64,000 nucleotides of DNA, taken from Candidatus Latescibacterota bacterium. GTDB taxonomy: Bacteria > Latescibacterota > UBA2968. The notes under the pieces were generated by a model, which was not told where the DNA came from, ran no database searches, and was given only the letters and a program-made list of their open reading frames with translations. Position 1 is the first letter of the stretch, and every line of letters begins with the position of its first letter. Below, piece by piece: positions 8,099 to 18,266 of this stretch. The stretch lies in NCBI GenBank assembly GCA_965204745.1, contig OZ242010.1, forward strand, positions 3,872,001-3,936,000. The letters run 5' to 3'. The translations under genes were made by a program, and so were the position numbers.

Positions 8099-9358
8099 AT
8101 GATCTCGACGCACTACGATGTCATTGTCATTGGTGGCGGGCCGGCCGGGAGTACGACGGCGGCACTCGTTGCGGAGTACGGGCACCGGGTCTTGTTGCTG
8201 GAGCGGGAGGAATTTCCCCGATTTCAGATCGGCGAATCCCTGATGCCCGGCACGTATTGGTCGTTCAAACGCCTGGGCCTGTTGGACAAATTGGAAAAAA
8301 GTGCCTTTGTAAAAAAATACAGCGTGCAATTTTTCAGCAGTTCGGGCAAAGGCTCTGCGCCGTTTTACTTTTTCAAACACGACCCCCACGAAAGTTCCAT
8401 CACCTATCAGGTGTTGCGAAGCGAATTTGATTTGATGATGCTGGACAATGCCCGGGAAAAGGGCGCCGAAGTTGTGCAGGGAACGAGCGTGCATCGCGTG
8501 CATTTCACTGGGGACCGGGCAACGGGCGTCCAGATCAAAGGCCGCAACGGGCAGGGCCAAGACATTCTCGCCGATGTCATCGTGGATGCCACGGGCCGCA
8601 GCGCGCTCATCTCGAGACGGCTGAAAACCAAAACCGTGGAGCCGAAACTCAAAAAAGCCTCCATCTTCACGCACTTCAAAGGCGGGTTGCGCGACCCCGG
8701 CATCGACGAAGGCGCGACCCTGATTTTGCATACCCGCGACAAGGACTCCTGGTTTTGGTACATCCCCCTGCCCGATGATGTGGTCAGCGTGGGCGTTGTC
8801 GGCGGCTTGGATACCCTGCTCCAAAACCGTAGCGGAACGCCGCGGGAAATTTTTGACGAGGAATTGGCAAAGTGCATCCCCATGTGCGAACGCCTCGCGT
8901 CTGCCGAGCAGTTGTTTCCCATGAAAGTCACGCAGGATTTCTCGTACCGATCCCGCGTTGCCGCGGGCGAGGGCTGGGTGTTGGTCGGCGATGCGTTTGG
9001 GTTTATCGACCCGGTCTATTCCTCGGGCGTGTTCCTCGCGCTCAAATCCGGCGAGATGGCCGCCGATGCGATCCACGAAGCCCTTGAAAAGCGCGATTTC
9101 TCCGCGGAGCAACTCGGCAACTGGGCACCGGAATTTCTGCCGGGCATGGAAGCGATCCGCAAGTTGGTCTATGCGTTTTATTCCAAAAATTTCAGTTTTG
9201 CCAAGTTCCTCAAAGCGCATCCCGAATGTATTGACGGCGTGATCAACATCCTCAAAGGCTATGTCTATCGGGAAGACGTCACCCCGATTTTTGAACCGAT
9301 GGGCCGCATGTGCGACCTACCCGAAGATGTGGCACACTACGCCGAAGCCGCGTCTTAA
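8099..9358 (+). CDS. FAD-dependent oxidoreductase, flavin-dependent halogenase-like
   Basis: GGGPAG, IGESL, WFWYIP (WxWxIP) and GDAFGFIDPVYSSGV motifs. Confidence 0.85.
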   Translation: MISTHYDVIVIGGGPAGSTTAALVAEYGHRVLLLEREEFPRFQIGESLMPGTYWSFKRLGLLDKLEKSAFVKKYSVQFFSSSGKGSAPFYFFKHDPHESSITYQVLRSEFDLMMLDNAREKGAEVVQGTSVHRVHFTGDRATGVQIKGRNGQGQDILADVIVDATGRSALISRRLKTKTVEPKLKKASIFTHFKGGLRDPGIDEGATLILHTRDKDSWFWYIPLPDDVVSVGVVGGLDTLLQNRSGTPREIFDEELAKCIPMCERLASAEQLFPMKVTQDFSYRSRVAAGEGWVLVGDAFGFIDPVYSSGVFLALKSGEMAADAIHEALEKRDFSAEQLGNWAPEFLPGMEAIRKLVYAFYSKNFSFAKFLKAHPECIDGVINILKGYVYREDVTPIFEPMGRMCDLPEDVAHYAEAAS

Positions 9359-9392
9359 CCTTTAATTGGGACCTACCCCTGCCCCCTTCGCT

Positions 9393-10706
9393 ATGTCTTC
9401 TCCCATGCGAATTGCCTATATCGCCGCCGGTGCTGCGGGCATGTATTGTGGCAGTTGTATCCACGACAACGCGCTCGCCGTTGCCCTTCAGCGCAAAGGA
9501 ATCGATTTTGCCCTCGTCCCGACGTACACCCCCTTGCGAACGGACGAACCGGGCGCGAGCATCGATCAGGTGTTCTACGGCGGCATCAACGTCTATCTGC
9601 AAGGAAAAATGGGCATCTTTCGGCACACGCCCTGGTTCATCGACCGGCTGTTCAACACCCCGACCTTGCTCAACGGCCTGGCCCGGTTCAGCGGCACAAC
9701 CCGCGCAGAAGACCTCGGCGCGCTCACCGTATCGGTCTTAGAGGGGGAAAACGGGCTGCAAAAAAAAGAACTCGCAAAATTGGTGCGCTGGCTCAAACAA
9801 GACTTCCAGCCGGACTTAGTACACCTGACCAACTCCATGTTTTTGGGCATGGTCAGGGAAATCAAGCGCGAACTCGGCGTCCCGGTCTTGTGTTCCCTGC
9901 AAGGCGAAGACATCTTTCTCGAGGGCTTGACAGAACCGCACAAATCAGCCGCGCAACTCCTGATTCGAGAACGCGCCCGAGACGCGGATGGCTTTGTGGC
10001 CCCGTGCGATTATTACGCCGACTTCATGGCCGATTACCTCGACGTATCGCGCAACCGCATCTCTGTCGCACGCTTGGGCATCAAATTGGACGGGCACGGA
10101 GGACGCGACTCAGCGTTGCCCCCCTCGCCCTTTACCGTGGGCTATCTCGCCCGAATCTGTCCGGAAAAGGGGTTGCACCTCCTCGCGGATGCGTTTCACC
10201 AGTTGGCAGAACAGGTCGGATCGGAAAATGTCAAACTCAGCGTCGCGGGGTACTTGGGCAAACGAGACGCGGCGTACTTTCGGCAAGTGCGCGAACAAAT
10301 CGCATCATGGGGCCTGTCCGATGCGTTCTCGCATTGCGGCGAAGTCAACCGCGTAGAGAAAATCGCCTTTCTCAACAGCATCCACGTCTTATCCGTCCCA
10401 ACGCCTTACCGAGAACCCAAAGGGTTGTTCCTCCTCGAAGCCCTCGCCAACGGCGTTCCAGTCGTCCAACCCCGGCACGGCGTTTTTCCGGAATGGATAG
10501 AACAAACGGGCGGCGGCATCTTGGTCACGCCCCTCTCATCAGAAGCATTGGCCGCCGGCCTGTTGCGGATGATGAACGATCCCGAAGGCAGAAAAACAAT
10601 GGGCCAAACAGGCAAACGCGCCGTGCATCAACGCTTTAGCGACAATGATATGGCAGACGCAATGTTGGATGTCTATCGGAGGTCAGTGGTCAGTAGGTTG
10701 TGTTGA
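9393..10706 (+). CDS. Glycosyltransferase family 4
   Basis: ARICPEKG and EPKGLFLLEALANGVPVV GT-B motifs; the stop codon lies inside a MITE TIR. Confidence 0.88.
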   Translation: MSSPMRIAYIAAGAAGMYCGSCIHDNALAVALQRKGIDFALVPTYTPLRTDEPGASIDQVFYGGINVYLQGKMGIFRHTPWFIDRLFNTPTLLNGLARFSGTTRAEDLGALTVSVLEGENGLQKKELAKLVRWLKQDFQPDLVHLTNSMFLGMVREIKRELGVPVLCSLQGEDIFLEGLTEPHKSAAQLLIRERARDADGFVAPCDYYADFMADYLDVSRNRISVARLGIKLDGHGGRDSALPPSPFTVGYLARICPEKGLHLLADAFHQLAEQVGSENVKLSVAGYLGKRDAAYFRQVREQIASWGLSDAFSHCGEVNRVEKIAFLNSIHVLSVPTPYREPKGLFLLEALANGVPVVQPRHGVFPEWIEQTGGGILVTPLSSEALAAGLLRMMNDPEGRKTMGQTGKRAVHQRFSDNDMADAMLDVYRRSVVSRLC

Positions 10707-11119
10707 CATTTAGGAGCAAAGCAACTGGCTTGAGCGGTTTATCAAGAAAATCAAGCCCTATCGCAGAATATGCTCTCGGTTGGAGAAACTGAAACAGTCG
10801 CTCCTTATCGGGACCTACCCCCCTAGCCCCCCTTCCTGCGAGGAAGGGGGGAACTGTGAGCGGTTTTGCGAGGGGATTGATGAGGAATATTTAATCGCTT
10901 TATGCCCTCGCACAACGCCATCAGAGCCACCATAGCGAGAAGCCATCAAAGGGACTTTACTCCCCTTTCCTCGTAGGAAAGGGGCCGGGGGATAGGTCCC
11001 CTCGCGCAACGCCATCAGAGCAACCTAAGCCATCAAAGGACCAAACGCCTTAAATGAGCAAGAAGCAACACAGTTGCTACTCTGTGCTAACGTCAAAAAA
11101 ATGAAATGTCAACACAACC
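10696..11119. mobile_element. MITE with 16-bp TIR (IS5-like ends), TA target duplication
   Basis: GGTTGTGTTGACATTT / AAATGTCAACACAACC, flanked by TA on both sides; an inverted homolog lies at 20528-20868. Confidence 0.8.
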
Positions 11120-11150
11120 TAGTCAGTCCGCCCCGCCCCCTGTCCAAAGC

Positions 11151-11250
11151 GGTCAGTAGTCAGTGGTCAGTAGTCAGTGGTCAGTGGTCAGTAGTCAGTG
11201 GTCAGTGGTCAGTAGTCAGTGGTCAGTAGTCAGTGGTCAGTAGTCAGTCC
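11151..11250 (+). repeat. Tandem heptamer array (GTCAGTR)n
   Basis: About 14 units of GTCAGTA/GTCAGTG, bracketed by GTCAGTCCGCCCCGC motifs. Confidence 0.9.
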
Positions 11251-11353
11251 GCCCCGCACCCTGCCCTAAGCGAGCAGTGGGTTGTAGGGGCGATGCCCCT
11301 GTGTGCTTAAAGCAGGGGCAGAATCCAGGGACTTTTCTTTTTTAGGAGGTTAC

Positions 11354-11845
11354 ATGCCGACTTCATCTATTGGGCTTACGTGGTTGGTCTTTGCATTGTT
11401 GACCGTTGCATCCTGGGGCTTGTACGGTCTCTTTTTGCACACCGGGCAAATCGCTATGGGCGATCCGGAGAATGGTCGTTACAAAGCCTTTCTCTTTGTG
11501 GGCATTGCCTATTTGTTGACCGCTGTCATCGGCTCTTTGATCGTGCTCGTTGTCAACGGGGCGGACTGGTCATTCCCGGCAAAGGGCCTCACCTGGTCCC
11601 TGTTGGCGGGCATTGTAGGGGCGATTGGCGCGTTTGGCGTGCTCCTCGCGTTTGGTGCAAAGGGCACGCCGCCCGTGGTCATGTCCATTGTCTTTGCGGG
11701 CGCGCCGATTGTCAATGCGGTCGTCTCTCTCATCCTGCATCCACCCGCCGGAGGTTGGGGCGGTTTGAACTGGCAATTTGTGCTCGGCATCGTCCTCGCG
11801 GCCCTCGGCGGTTGTCTGGTCACGTTGTTCAAACCCTCGTCGTAA
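11354..11845 (+). CDS. Small multi-pass membrane protein (DMT/EamA-like)
   Basis: AGGAGG RBS; about 5 hydrophobic helices; SWGLYG motif. Confidence 0.7.
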   Translation: MPTSSIGLTWLVFALLTVASWGLYGLFLHTGQIAMGDPENGRYKAFLFVGIAYLLTAVIGSLIVLVVNGADWSFPAKGLTWSLLAGIVGAIGAFGVLLAFGAKGTPPVVMSIVFAGAPIVNAVVSLILHPPAGGWGGLNWQFVLGIVLAALGGCLVTLFKPSS

Positions 11846-11905
11846 GCAGTTGTTTTTTAGGCGAATGACGTCTTTCTCATTGCCACCCCCTCGTCGTAAC
11901 ACGCC

Positions 11906-12331
11906 ATGCCCAGCGAATTTCACACCACCCGCCGAGTCGCGTTCTCCGATACGGATATGGCCGGCATCGTCCACTTTTCCCGGTTCTTCGTTTTTATGGA
12001 AGCCGCCGAACACGCATTTTTGCGCTCGCTGGGCACGAGTGTTTCAACGGCGTGGCACGGGAATAAGATCGGATGGCCGCGCTTGGAAGCGACCTGCACC
12101 TATCTCAGCCCGGCCGTTTTTGAAGACGTGTTGGACATCCACCTGAAGGTGATCCGCAAAGGCGCGAAATCCCTGACCTACCAATTCGATTTTTCACGCG
12201 GCGAAACCGCCATTGCCCGGGGAAAAGTGAGCGCGGTTTGTTGCATCTGCAATCCCGGTGAGAAAATCAGGTCCATACCCATCCCGGATTTTATCGCCGA
12301 TCAGATTCGAGAAGCGAGAGAGGCACCTTGA
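11906..12331 (+). CDS. Acyl-CoA thioesterase (4HBT/YbgC hotdog family)
   Basis: FSDTDMAGIVHFSRFFVFMEAAE motif. Confidence 0.9.
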   Translation: MPSEFHTTRRVAFSDTDMAGIVHFSRFFVFMEAAEHAFLRSLGTSVSTAWHGNKIGWPRLEATCTYLSPAVFEDVLDIHLKVIRKGAKSLTYQFDFSRGETAIARGKVSAVCCICNPGEKIRSIPIPDFIADQIREAREAP

Positions 12332-12711
12332 CGTTCCGCAGTCATTCAGCGAAGCCATGGCAACCCTGCCATCGCAAAAGACCATCCGCTAAAGCCATCA
12401 CGCACAGCGCGCAAGGCCGTCTCGCAACCAATGTCCATCTGGCAACCCACCTTACAGGCTGACGCATGTCGTTCTGTTACACAAGCGATTTGCGCTGTGC
12501 AAGCCCCTCGGCGTTTGAGAGCGGCATTTTTTGCCTACTTTTTTTTGCTGTTGAAAAAAAGTAGGTCGCCGAAGGCATCGGAGGCAACCAACGAGGCTGT
12601 AGGACCAAACGCTTGAGACGAGCAACGTAGGCATAAGCGTAGCCTGCAATGAGCGGAACGAATAACGGGGGCAGGGGGATAGGGTCCCCACTGACTCATG
12701 GAGAACGCGAA

Positions 12712-13371
12712 ATGGCATTGAAAGTAAAACGCCTGTCCAAACAATTTGGCGACATAGAAGTTCTGCGGGACATCTCCTTTGAAATGGCGCAGGGGCAGTC
12801 GCTGAGCATGATGGGGCCTTCGGGATCGGGCAAGAGCACCTTGTTGCATGTGCTCGGCACGCTGGATCGGCCATCGTCTGGGCGGATCGAAATCGGCGGG
12901 CAAGACCCCTTCGCACTGCCCGAACTCGCGCTCGCGCAATTTAGAAATCAGGGCATTGGATTCGTATTTCAAGAACACCATCTCTTGCCGCAATACTCGG
13001 TTGTGGAAAACGTCTTGATCCCGACGCTGGCATTTGGCAAACCGAGCCGCGAGGCGCGAGATCGCGCCCGAGAAGTGATCGACCACGTGGGCCTGTCGCA
13101 TCGCATCGACCACCGGCCGAGCGAATTATCCGGTGGGGAACGCCAGCGCACAGCGGTTGCGCGCGCCCTCATCAACCGCCCGGCACTGCTCTTGTGCGAC
13201 GAACCCACCGGCAGCTTGGACGGCGCGCGCGCAGAGGAAATCGCGGACCTGATCTTTGACTTGCACCACGCGGAAAACAACATCTTGATCTGCGCCACGC
13301 ACAGCGCCGCGCTCGCCCATCGCTTTGAGCGGCAATTTGAACTGCGGGGGGGAACGTGCTCCGAAGCCTGA
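12712..13371 (+). CDS. ABC transporter ATP-binding protein (LolD/MacB-like)
   Basis: GPSGSGKS, LSGGERQR, LLLCDEPTG. Confidence 0.93.
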   Translation: MALKVKRLSKQFGDIEVLRDISFEMAQGQSLSMMGPSGSGKSTLLHVLGTLDRPSSGRIEIGGQDPFALPELALAQFRNQGIGFVFQEHHLLPQYSVVENVLIPTLAFGKPSREARDRAREVIDHVGLSHRIDHRPSELSGGERQRTAVARALINRPALLLCDEPTGSLDGARAEEIADLIFDLHHAENNILICATHSAALAHRFERQFELRGGTCSEA

Positions 13372-16300
13372 CCTACTTTTGGCGAATCAATCTCGCGGTC
13401 GCGCTCGGCATCGCCGTGGGCACGGCGGTTTTGACCGGCGCGTTGATCGTGGGCGATTCCGTGCGCGGCAGCCTAAAGGACTTGTCCCTCAGTCGCTTGG
13501 GCAAAATCGACCACGCCTTGGTCTCCGAGCGATTTTTTCGCGCACATCTCGCCAGCGATCTCAAAAACGCCCTCGACGACCGCTTTGCCGCGGTGGTCCC
13601 CGCCATCAGCCTGAGTGGAACTGCGATCCACGCCAATGCGCGCACCCGGGCGTCTCGCGTCCAGATTCAGGGCATCGACCACCGATTTGCAAACCTGTTC
13701 GATCACCCCTTGCCCGAGTTGGAACGCGAGACCACATTCCCACCTGTGGTCATCAACGCCGCCCTCCAGCGCGAACTCGACGCGCAACTCGGCGACCCCA
13801 TCCTCCTGTCCTTTGAACAACTCGGCGACATCCACCGCGAATCCCTGTTTGGACGCACGTCAGACGCGCTGCAAACCGTCCGCTTAACCCTGGCCGCTGT
13901 GTTGCCGGACAAGGGCATGGGACGCTTTGGCCTCATCGCCCGGCAAACCGTGCCGCGCAACGCGTACCTGTCCCTGCCCGTCTTGCAACGCGCCTTGGGT
14001 CAACCCAACCGCGTCAACGCCTTGTTCGTCTCGGGCGCGCCCAATGCGGCGTCAGCCCTTCAAACCGCACTTTCCCAAATCGCAACCCCGGACGACCTCG
14101 GCTTGGTCATCCGCCGCGGGGCAGATCACTTCGCTATCGAAAGCACGCAATTCATCCTCAAAGCACACACCGCAGAGGCCATTCAAACACTCGCTGCCGA
14201 CCTCGACGCGCCCGCCATGTCCATCCTCACGTACCTCGCCAACACCGCGCAAATCGGCACGCGGGAACTGCCCTACTTCACGATCTCGGCACTGGACATC
14301 GGCCCTCTCGGCGCGTTCCACCTGACGAGCGGATCGTCCCAACTCGGGGAAACCGACATCTTGCTCAATGCCTGGGCCGCCGAGGATTTGGACGCGCAGG
14401 TCGGCGACGAAGTCGATCTCGCGTATTACGAAGTCGCGCCCGGGGAAAAATTCCTCACCCGCAGGGCCACATTTCAAGTCAAGGGCATTGTCGCCATGAC
14501 CGGCTTGGGGGCAGATGAAACCCTGACGCCCGATTACCCGGGCCTGGCCGATGCCACCAACATGGCCGACTGGGAGGCCCCGTTTCCCATCGACCTAAAC
14601 CGCGTGCGCCCCCGGGACGAAGATTATTGGGACCTGTACCGAGACGCGCCCAAAGCCTTTGTCTCTGCTGGCGCCGGGCAACGCCTGTGGAAAAGCCGAT
14701 TTGGCGCGTTCACCGGCATCCGCATCGGCCCCATCGCCGGGCAAAGCCTCGAAGCCACGCTTGGGCAATTCCGCGACCGCTTGCCCCGTGCCATCGCGCC
14801 CGCCTCCGTGGGCCTCGGCTTTGAGCCGGTCATGCAACGGGGCATTGCGGCCTCTGAGGGCGCGACGGATTTCAGCGGGTTGTTCATCGGCTTCAGCCAA
14901 TTCCTGATCCTCTCGGCGGCCCTGCTCGTGGGCTTGTTATTTCGCCTGAGCGTGGAACAGCGCGGCAAAGAGGTCGGCCTGCGGATGGTCTCGGGCTACG
15001 CGGCAAAAAAAATCCGCCGACAGTTCAGCCGCGAGGGTCTCGGCTTGGCCTGTGTGGGCGGGATATTGGGGCTTGCAGGCGGGGTCGGGTACGCGCATCT
15101 CATCATGGTGGGCCTGCGAACGCATTGGGTCAGCGCGGTTGGCACGTCTGAACTCGCGCTCCACATCCACGCGGGCAGCCTGTTGTTGGGCTATGCGATT
15201 TCCCTCGCCGTCGTCCTGTTGGCGATCTGGCTCACCCTGCGCCGCTTGGGCAACATCTCCATCCGCGCCTTGTTGGCCGGCATCACGGAAGGGGCACGGG
15301 CAAAACCGCGCACAAAGGGGTACGCGCTGATCAGCCTCGCGCTCGCCGCGCTCGCGCTCGCCGGCGCGGTCGTGGTGGGGCCATCAGAGGGCGCGACCTT
15401 GTTTTTTGTCAGCGGCGCGCTGTGGATGGTCGCGGGCCTGTGCTTCTTGTCCCGCCATCTGCGGCGCGGACCTCAAGCACTCGGCAAAGGCACGCTGGGC
15501 ATGGGCATCCAAAACAGCAGCCGCCAACCCGCGCGGAGTTTGGCGTGTGCGTCTCTCATCGGATGCGCGTGTTTTGTCCTCGTCGCCACCGGCGCGAACC
15601 GGCGCGCGGACCTCGGGCAAAACATCGGGCGAGACAAGGCATCGGGCACGGGCGGCTTTGCCCTCATCGCCGAAACAGACGCGCCGATTTATCACGACTT
15701 CCACGCCCGATCCGGGCAATTTGAACTCGGTTTCTCCCAAGCGGACGCAGACCATCTAGCGCGGGCAGAGATCATCCCCCTGCGCGTTTTGCCCGGGGAG
15801 GACGCGAGTTGTCTCAACCTGTACCGGCCCGAAAACCCGCGCGTTTTGGGCGTTCCCGAATCCCTGATCCAGCGCGGCGGCTTTGCCTTTCAGCAAACGG
15901 CAGTGGAAAACCCCTGGGCCGCATTGTCTCGAGACTTGGGCGCAGGGGTGATTCCGGCTATCGGCGATTACAATTCCGCCATGTGGATTTTGCACAAGCA
16001 ACTAGGCGATGAGATCGCCATCAAAAACGACAGGGGCGAGGACGTGACCCTGCGCTTGGTGGGCTTGTTAAAAACGAGCATTTTTCAAAGCGAAGTGCTG
16101 ATTTCCGAACGCCATTTCTTGCAGCACTTTCCCGAGCAAAGCGGGTACCGCGCCTTTCTCATCGACGCGCAACGCCCCGATACCCTCGCCGCACTCCTCG
16201 AAAACCGCTTAAAAGACCTCGGCTTAGACGCCACCCCGACCGCGCAAAAACTCGCCCATTTCCAAACCGTGGAAAACACGTACCTCGCCACGTTTCAAAC

Positions 16301-16661
16301 CCTGGGCGGCTTGGGCCTGCTCTTGGGCACGCTCGGCTTGGGCATCGTCCTGTTGCGAAACGTCATCGAACGCCGCGGCGAATTGGCAATTCTGCGCGCC
16401 TTTGGCTTTCGCCGCGCCTTGCTCGCGCGCATGCTCCTCGCGGAAAACGGCTTTTTGATGCTCGCTGGCTTGGGCATCGGCAGCCTATCCGCGCTCATCG
16501 CCGTCGCCCCCCATCTCATCGCGCACGGCGCGTTGGTGCCTTGGGCATCCCTCGGCCTCACCCTCGCCCTCATCTACGCCACCGGCCTCATCGCCAGTGC
16601 AATCGCCGTCTCCTTCGCCCTCCGCGCTCCGCTCTTGCCCGCGTTGAAGCGGGAGATTTGA
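13356..16661 (+). CDS. ABC transporter permease (FtsX/MacB-like, duplicated)
   Basis: Two permease modules (EQRGKEVGLR; ERRGELAILRAFGF) with large extracytoplasmic domains. Confidence 0.88.
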   Translation: MLRSLTYFWRINLAVALGIAVGTAVLTGALIVGDSVRGSLKDLSLSRLGKIDHALVSERFFRAHLASDLKNALDDRFAAVVPAISLSGTAIHANARTRASRVQIQGIDHRFANLFDHPLPELERETTFPPVVINAALQRELDAQLGDPILLSFEQLGDIHRESLFGRTSDALQTVRLTLAAVLPDKGMGRFGLIARQTVPRNAYLSLPVLQRALGQPNRVNALFVSGAPNAASALQTALSQIATPDDLGLVIRRGADHFAIESTQFILKAHTAEAIQTLAADLDAPAMSILTYLANTAQIGTRELPYFTISALDIGPLGAFHLTSGSSQLGETDILLNAWAAEDLDAQVGDEVDLAYYEVAPGEKFLTRRATFQVKGIVAMTGLGADETLTPDYPGLADATNMADWEAPFPIDLNRVRPRDEDYWDLYRDAPKAFVSAGAGQRLWKSRFGAFTGIRIGPIAGQSLEATLGQFRDRLPRAIAPASVGLGFEPVMQRGIAASEGATDFSGLFIGFSQFLILSAALLVGLLFRLSVEQRGKEVGLRMVSGYAAKKIRRQFSREGLGLACVGGILGLAGGVGYAHLIMVGLRTHWVSAVGTSELALHIHAGSLLLGYAISLAVVLLAIWLTLRRLGNISIRALLAGITEGARAKPRTKGYALISLALAALALAGAVVVGPSEGATLFFVSGALWMVAGLCFLSRHLRRGPQALGKGTLGMGIQNSSRQPARSLACASLIGCACFVLVATGANRRADLGQNIGRDKASGTGGFALIAETDAPIYHDFHARSGQFELGFSQADADHLARAEIIPLRVLPGEDASCLNLYRPENPRVLGVPESLIQRGGFAFQQTAVENPWAALSRDLGAGVIPAIGDYNSAMWILHKQLGDEIAIKNDRGEDVTLRLVGLLKTSIFQSEVLISERHFLQHFPEQSGYRAFLIDAQRPDTLAALLENRLKDLGLDATPTAQKLAHFQTVENTYLATFQTLGGLGLLLGTLGLGIVLLRNVIERRGELAILRAFGFRRALLARMLLAENGFLMLAGLGIGSLSALIAVAPHLIAHGALVPWASLGLTLALIYATGLIASAIAVSFALRAPLLPALKREI

Positions 16662-16670
16662 CGCGCCCTG

Positions 16671-18209
16671 TCATGACCTTTCTTTGCTTTGCTTTTTCAG
16701 CACGAGTTCATAACACGCTGCTTCCCGATCATTTCGCACGAGCAAATAGGGTGCGGCAAACGCGGGGCTGTTCCACGTATGGCTGTTCAAAGCCGGAAAG
16801 CGCGCGCGTTCTCGGTGTGCATCGGGCGACGCATCCACGAGCGCGACCTCGCCGGATTCGGCTTGGATGAGCAACAGATCGCCCACCAAAATGAGTTGCC
16901 CGTGCCCATAGCGTCCGCGCTTCCAGGTGCGTTGTCCATCGCCGAGATCCAAACAGGTCAGAACCCCGTCATCTAGCCCGTACACGTACCCGTCTTTGTG
17001 AACCATATTCGCAAACTTGGCTTTGAGGCGCGGGCTTTTCCATAGCTGAGTCGCGCGCCATTCCCCGCCATCGCTTTGGGCAACTTGGATCAACGCGCTC
17101 CCAACGCCATACCCGGTCGAGACAAAAATCCGGTCGTCAGACAGGGGAATGGGTTGCGCCACATGCTGCGTTATCCCGCCCGCCCACGGATAGGTCCACA
17201 GCACCGCGCCAGACGCGGGATCGTGGCCCGCGACTTGTCCCAAATTAAAAATGAGCACTTGATCCATCCCACCTATCGCGGCCAAACTCGGGGAACTGTG
17301 CCCGGCTCTTGCGCGCCCGCCGCCCCAAATCACGTCGCCGGTCTCGCGATGATACGCCATCAGGGACTGCTCGTTTTGACCGCCCGGACTCGCGATCACC
17401 TTATCGCCGATCACCAAAGGCGACCCGCTCATGCCCCATTCCTTCACGCGCGCGCCGACTTCCTTCACCGTATCGCGCGCCCAAATTTCTCGGCCCGTGT
17501 CCAAATCCAGACACGTCAGTATCCCGGTCGCGCCAAAAGCGTAAACGCGATTTCCCGCCACCGTGGGCGTAGCCCTCGGCCCAATGCCCGCTATCGCGGT
17601 TTCGTAACGCGCCCGCGCTCGATGGCGCCACTTCTCCTTCCCGGTCAACACATCGTAGCACACCACCGTCTCATCCTCGCCCTGCTGTTCCTGCGTCAGC
17701 GCGGATCGTCCCACAATCGCAAACGATGACCACGCCTCTCCAACCGGCACGCGCCAGAGCAACTTGGGCGGATATCGAACCCAATCGGTCTCCAGTTCAA
17801 CACCCGTCAAAATGCCATTGCGGTCAGGCCCTAAAAACTGCGGATAGTCCATCTCGGGATCACTGGAAAATTGACCCGCCCCAGACACCGATGCGACAGA
17901 AGACCAACGCCACGCCACATGAGGCGCCAAATCGCCCGTAAAACCGCGCACCTGAAACGAGACAACGCCCAAGCCGAGCACGAGAATCAGCGCGCCCAAC
18001 CCCTGCAAGCGGACTTTCCACCGCAATCGGGAAAACGCAAAAAACCAGAGACAGAGCAACGCGGAGCCGACCAGGCAGATCAGCATCGTCGGCATCACCT
18101 GCATCTGGCGATTCGGCCTGTCGGGAATCCAGATCATCGCCAACCCGACAATCATCAACGCGCCGATCAAAACAGCCGGCCACCAGCGAATGGATTTTGA
18201 AACGGGCAT
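16671..18209 (-). CDS. Membrane-anchored PQQ-like beta-propeller (BamB-like) protein
   Basis: Three N-terminal TM helices; YPQFLGPDRNG; repeated TG.E.W beta-propeller motifs. Confidence 0.85.
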   Translation of the reverse strand: MPVSKSIRWWPAVLIGALMIVGLAMIWIPDRPNRQMQVMPTMLICLVGSALLCLWFFAFSRLRWKVRLQGLGALILVLGLGVVSFQVRGFTGDLAPHVAWRWSSVASVSGAGQFSSDPEMDYPQFLGPDRNGILTGVELETDWVRYPPKLLWRVPVGEAWSSFAIVGRSALTQEQQGEDETVVCYDVLTGKEKWRHRARARYETAIAGIGPRATPTVAGNRVYAFGATGILTCLDLDTGREIWARDTVKEVGARVKEWGMSGSPLVIGDKVIASPGGQNEQSLMAYHRETGDVIWGGGRARAGHSSPSLAAIGGMDQVLIFNLGQVAGHDPASGAVLWTYPWAGGITQHVAQPIPLSDDRIFVSTGYGVGSALIQVAQSDGGEWRATQLWKSPRLKAKFANMVHKDGYVYGLDDGVLTCLDLGDGQRTWKRGRYGHGQLILVGDLLLIQAESGEVALVDASPDAHRERARFPALNSHTWNSPAFAAPYLLVRNDREAACYELVLKKQSKERS

Positions 18210-18266
18210 AACAAGTCCTTTCAAAAGAGAGGTGAGACGGGAGAGGTAAGATACTCTCTTAAAAGG

